From: Flavobacteriaceae bacterium
GTDB taxonomy: Bacteria > Bacteroidota > Bacteroidia > Flavobacteriales > Weeksellaceae
Assembly (NCBI GenBank): GCA_012522185.1
Contig: JAAYKY010000028.1
Coordinates: forward strand, 520 to 64,519
Direction of reading: 5' to 3'
Length of the DNA stretch: 64,000 bases
In this document: positions 63,749 through 64,000 of the stretch, piece after piece
Layout: every line of letters begins with the position of its first letter
How positions within the stretch are numbered: position 1 is the first letter of the stretch
The notes under the pieces: model-generated
The model's input: the letters and a program-made list of their open reading frames with translations, nothing else
What the model was told of the DNA's origin: nothing
The model's database searches: none
Program-made: the position numbers and the translations under genes

Positions 63749-64000
63749 TCAGCGCAAGCTCACTTCGGTGGCTCCGCCATTGTATTTCCGATAAGACGCA
63801 TCGTAAACTTCAATTTTTGTGTATTGGCTCAGAAGTTTGAGCAATTCCTTTTTTAGTTTTCCGGTTCCGTGGCCGTGAATAAAAATGAGTCGGCTTCGTT
63901 TTTCGGCTCGTGCCAAATCCATTTCTACACGAACTTTGTCAAGTTGAATCTGAAGCATTTCATAATTGGACAAATGCGCAAAAGAATCGACAAGTTGTCC
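63749..64000 (-). CDS. Smr-domain protein, C-terminal part (gene runs off the window)
   Basis: LIFIHGHGTGKLKKELLKLL is an Smr signature. The frame stays open to nt 64000, and the M in the track is a TTG codon. Confidence 0.7.
   Translation of the reverse strand, partial: GQLVDSFAHLSNYEMLQIQLDKVRVEMDLARAEKRSRLIFIHGHGTGKLKKELLKLLSQYTKIEVYDASYRKYNGGATEVSLR

Noticed and set aside
1-64000. Looked for a defence island or novel multi-gene immune or secondary-metabolite system (nucleases, helicases, STAND/AAA ATPases, reverse transcriptases, Cas, RM, RiPP or NRPS genes).
   Set aside because: No such genes are present. Unknown-function ORFs are small membrane or secreted proteins scattered among core genes, intergenic gaps are short, and composition looks uniform. 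The window is best described as core chromosome with a few small insertions.

Overview
This is a dense, mostly co-linear chromosomal segment from a low-GC Bacteroidota genome, most likely Flavobacteriales. The taxonomic call rests on T9SS type A and type B C-terminal sorting domains, TAnnTTTG -7 promoter boxes, and A/T-rich tracts instead of Shine-Dalgarno motifs before start codons. I count about 65 protein genes. I saw no rRNA, complete tRNA, CRISPR array or transposase.

Most of the content is housekeeping: serS, dapF, mltG, htrA, pdxA, yceD-rpmF, accBC, surE, scoAB, mreBCD-mrdA-rodA, dCMP deaminase, two S41 proteases, xerD, ABC exporters, mscS, dedA and two crotonase-family enzymes.

Accessory-looking content is limited to:
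- two ParE/RelE-type toxin-antitoxin cassettes wedged between core genes, one with a frameshifted toxin
- a tandemly duplicated Fib_succ-domain T9SS cargo protein next to a two-component system
- a C1q-like secreted protein
- a Coq4-motif protein
- a 944-aa M1-peptidase-like protein that appears to have lost its zinc ligands

I did not find a convincing new multi-gene system, and there is no defence-island signature. The most interesting signals are regulatory DNA architecture that no ORF explains:
- phased 10-11-nt direct-repeat triplets in the kinase/regulator divergent promoter
- the palindrome ACTTTG-N5-CAAAGT repeated in front of three consecutive transcription units around a winged-helix regulator
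- nested inverted repeats reaching the start codon of the Fib_succ gene
- an 11-nt phased repeat array at the left edge of the window

All functional calls come from reading motifs and from remembered family signatures. No database search was run.
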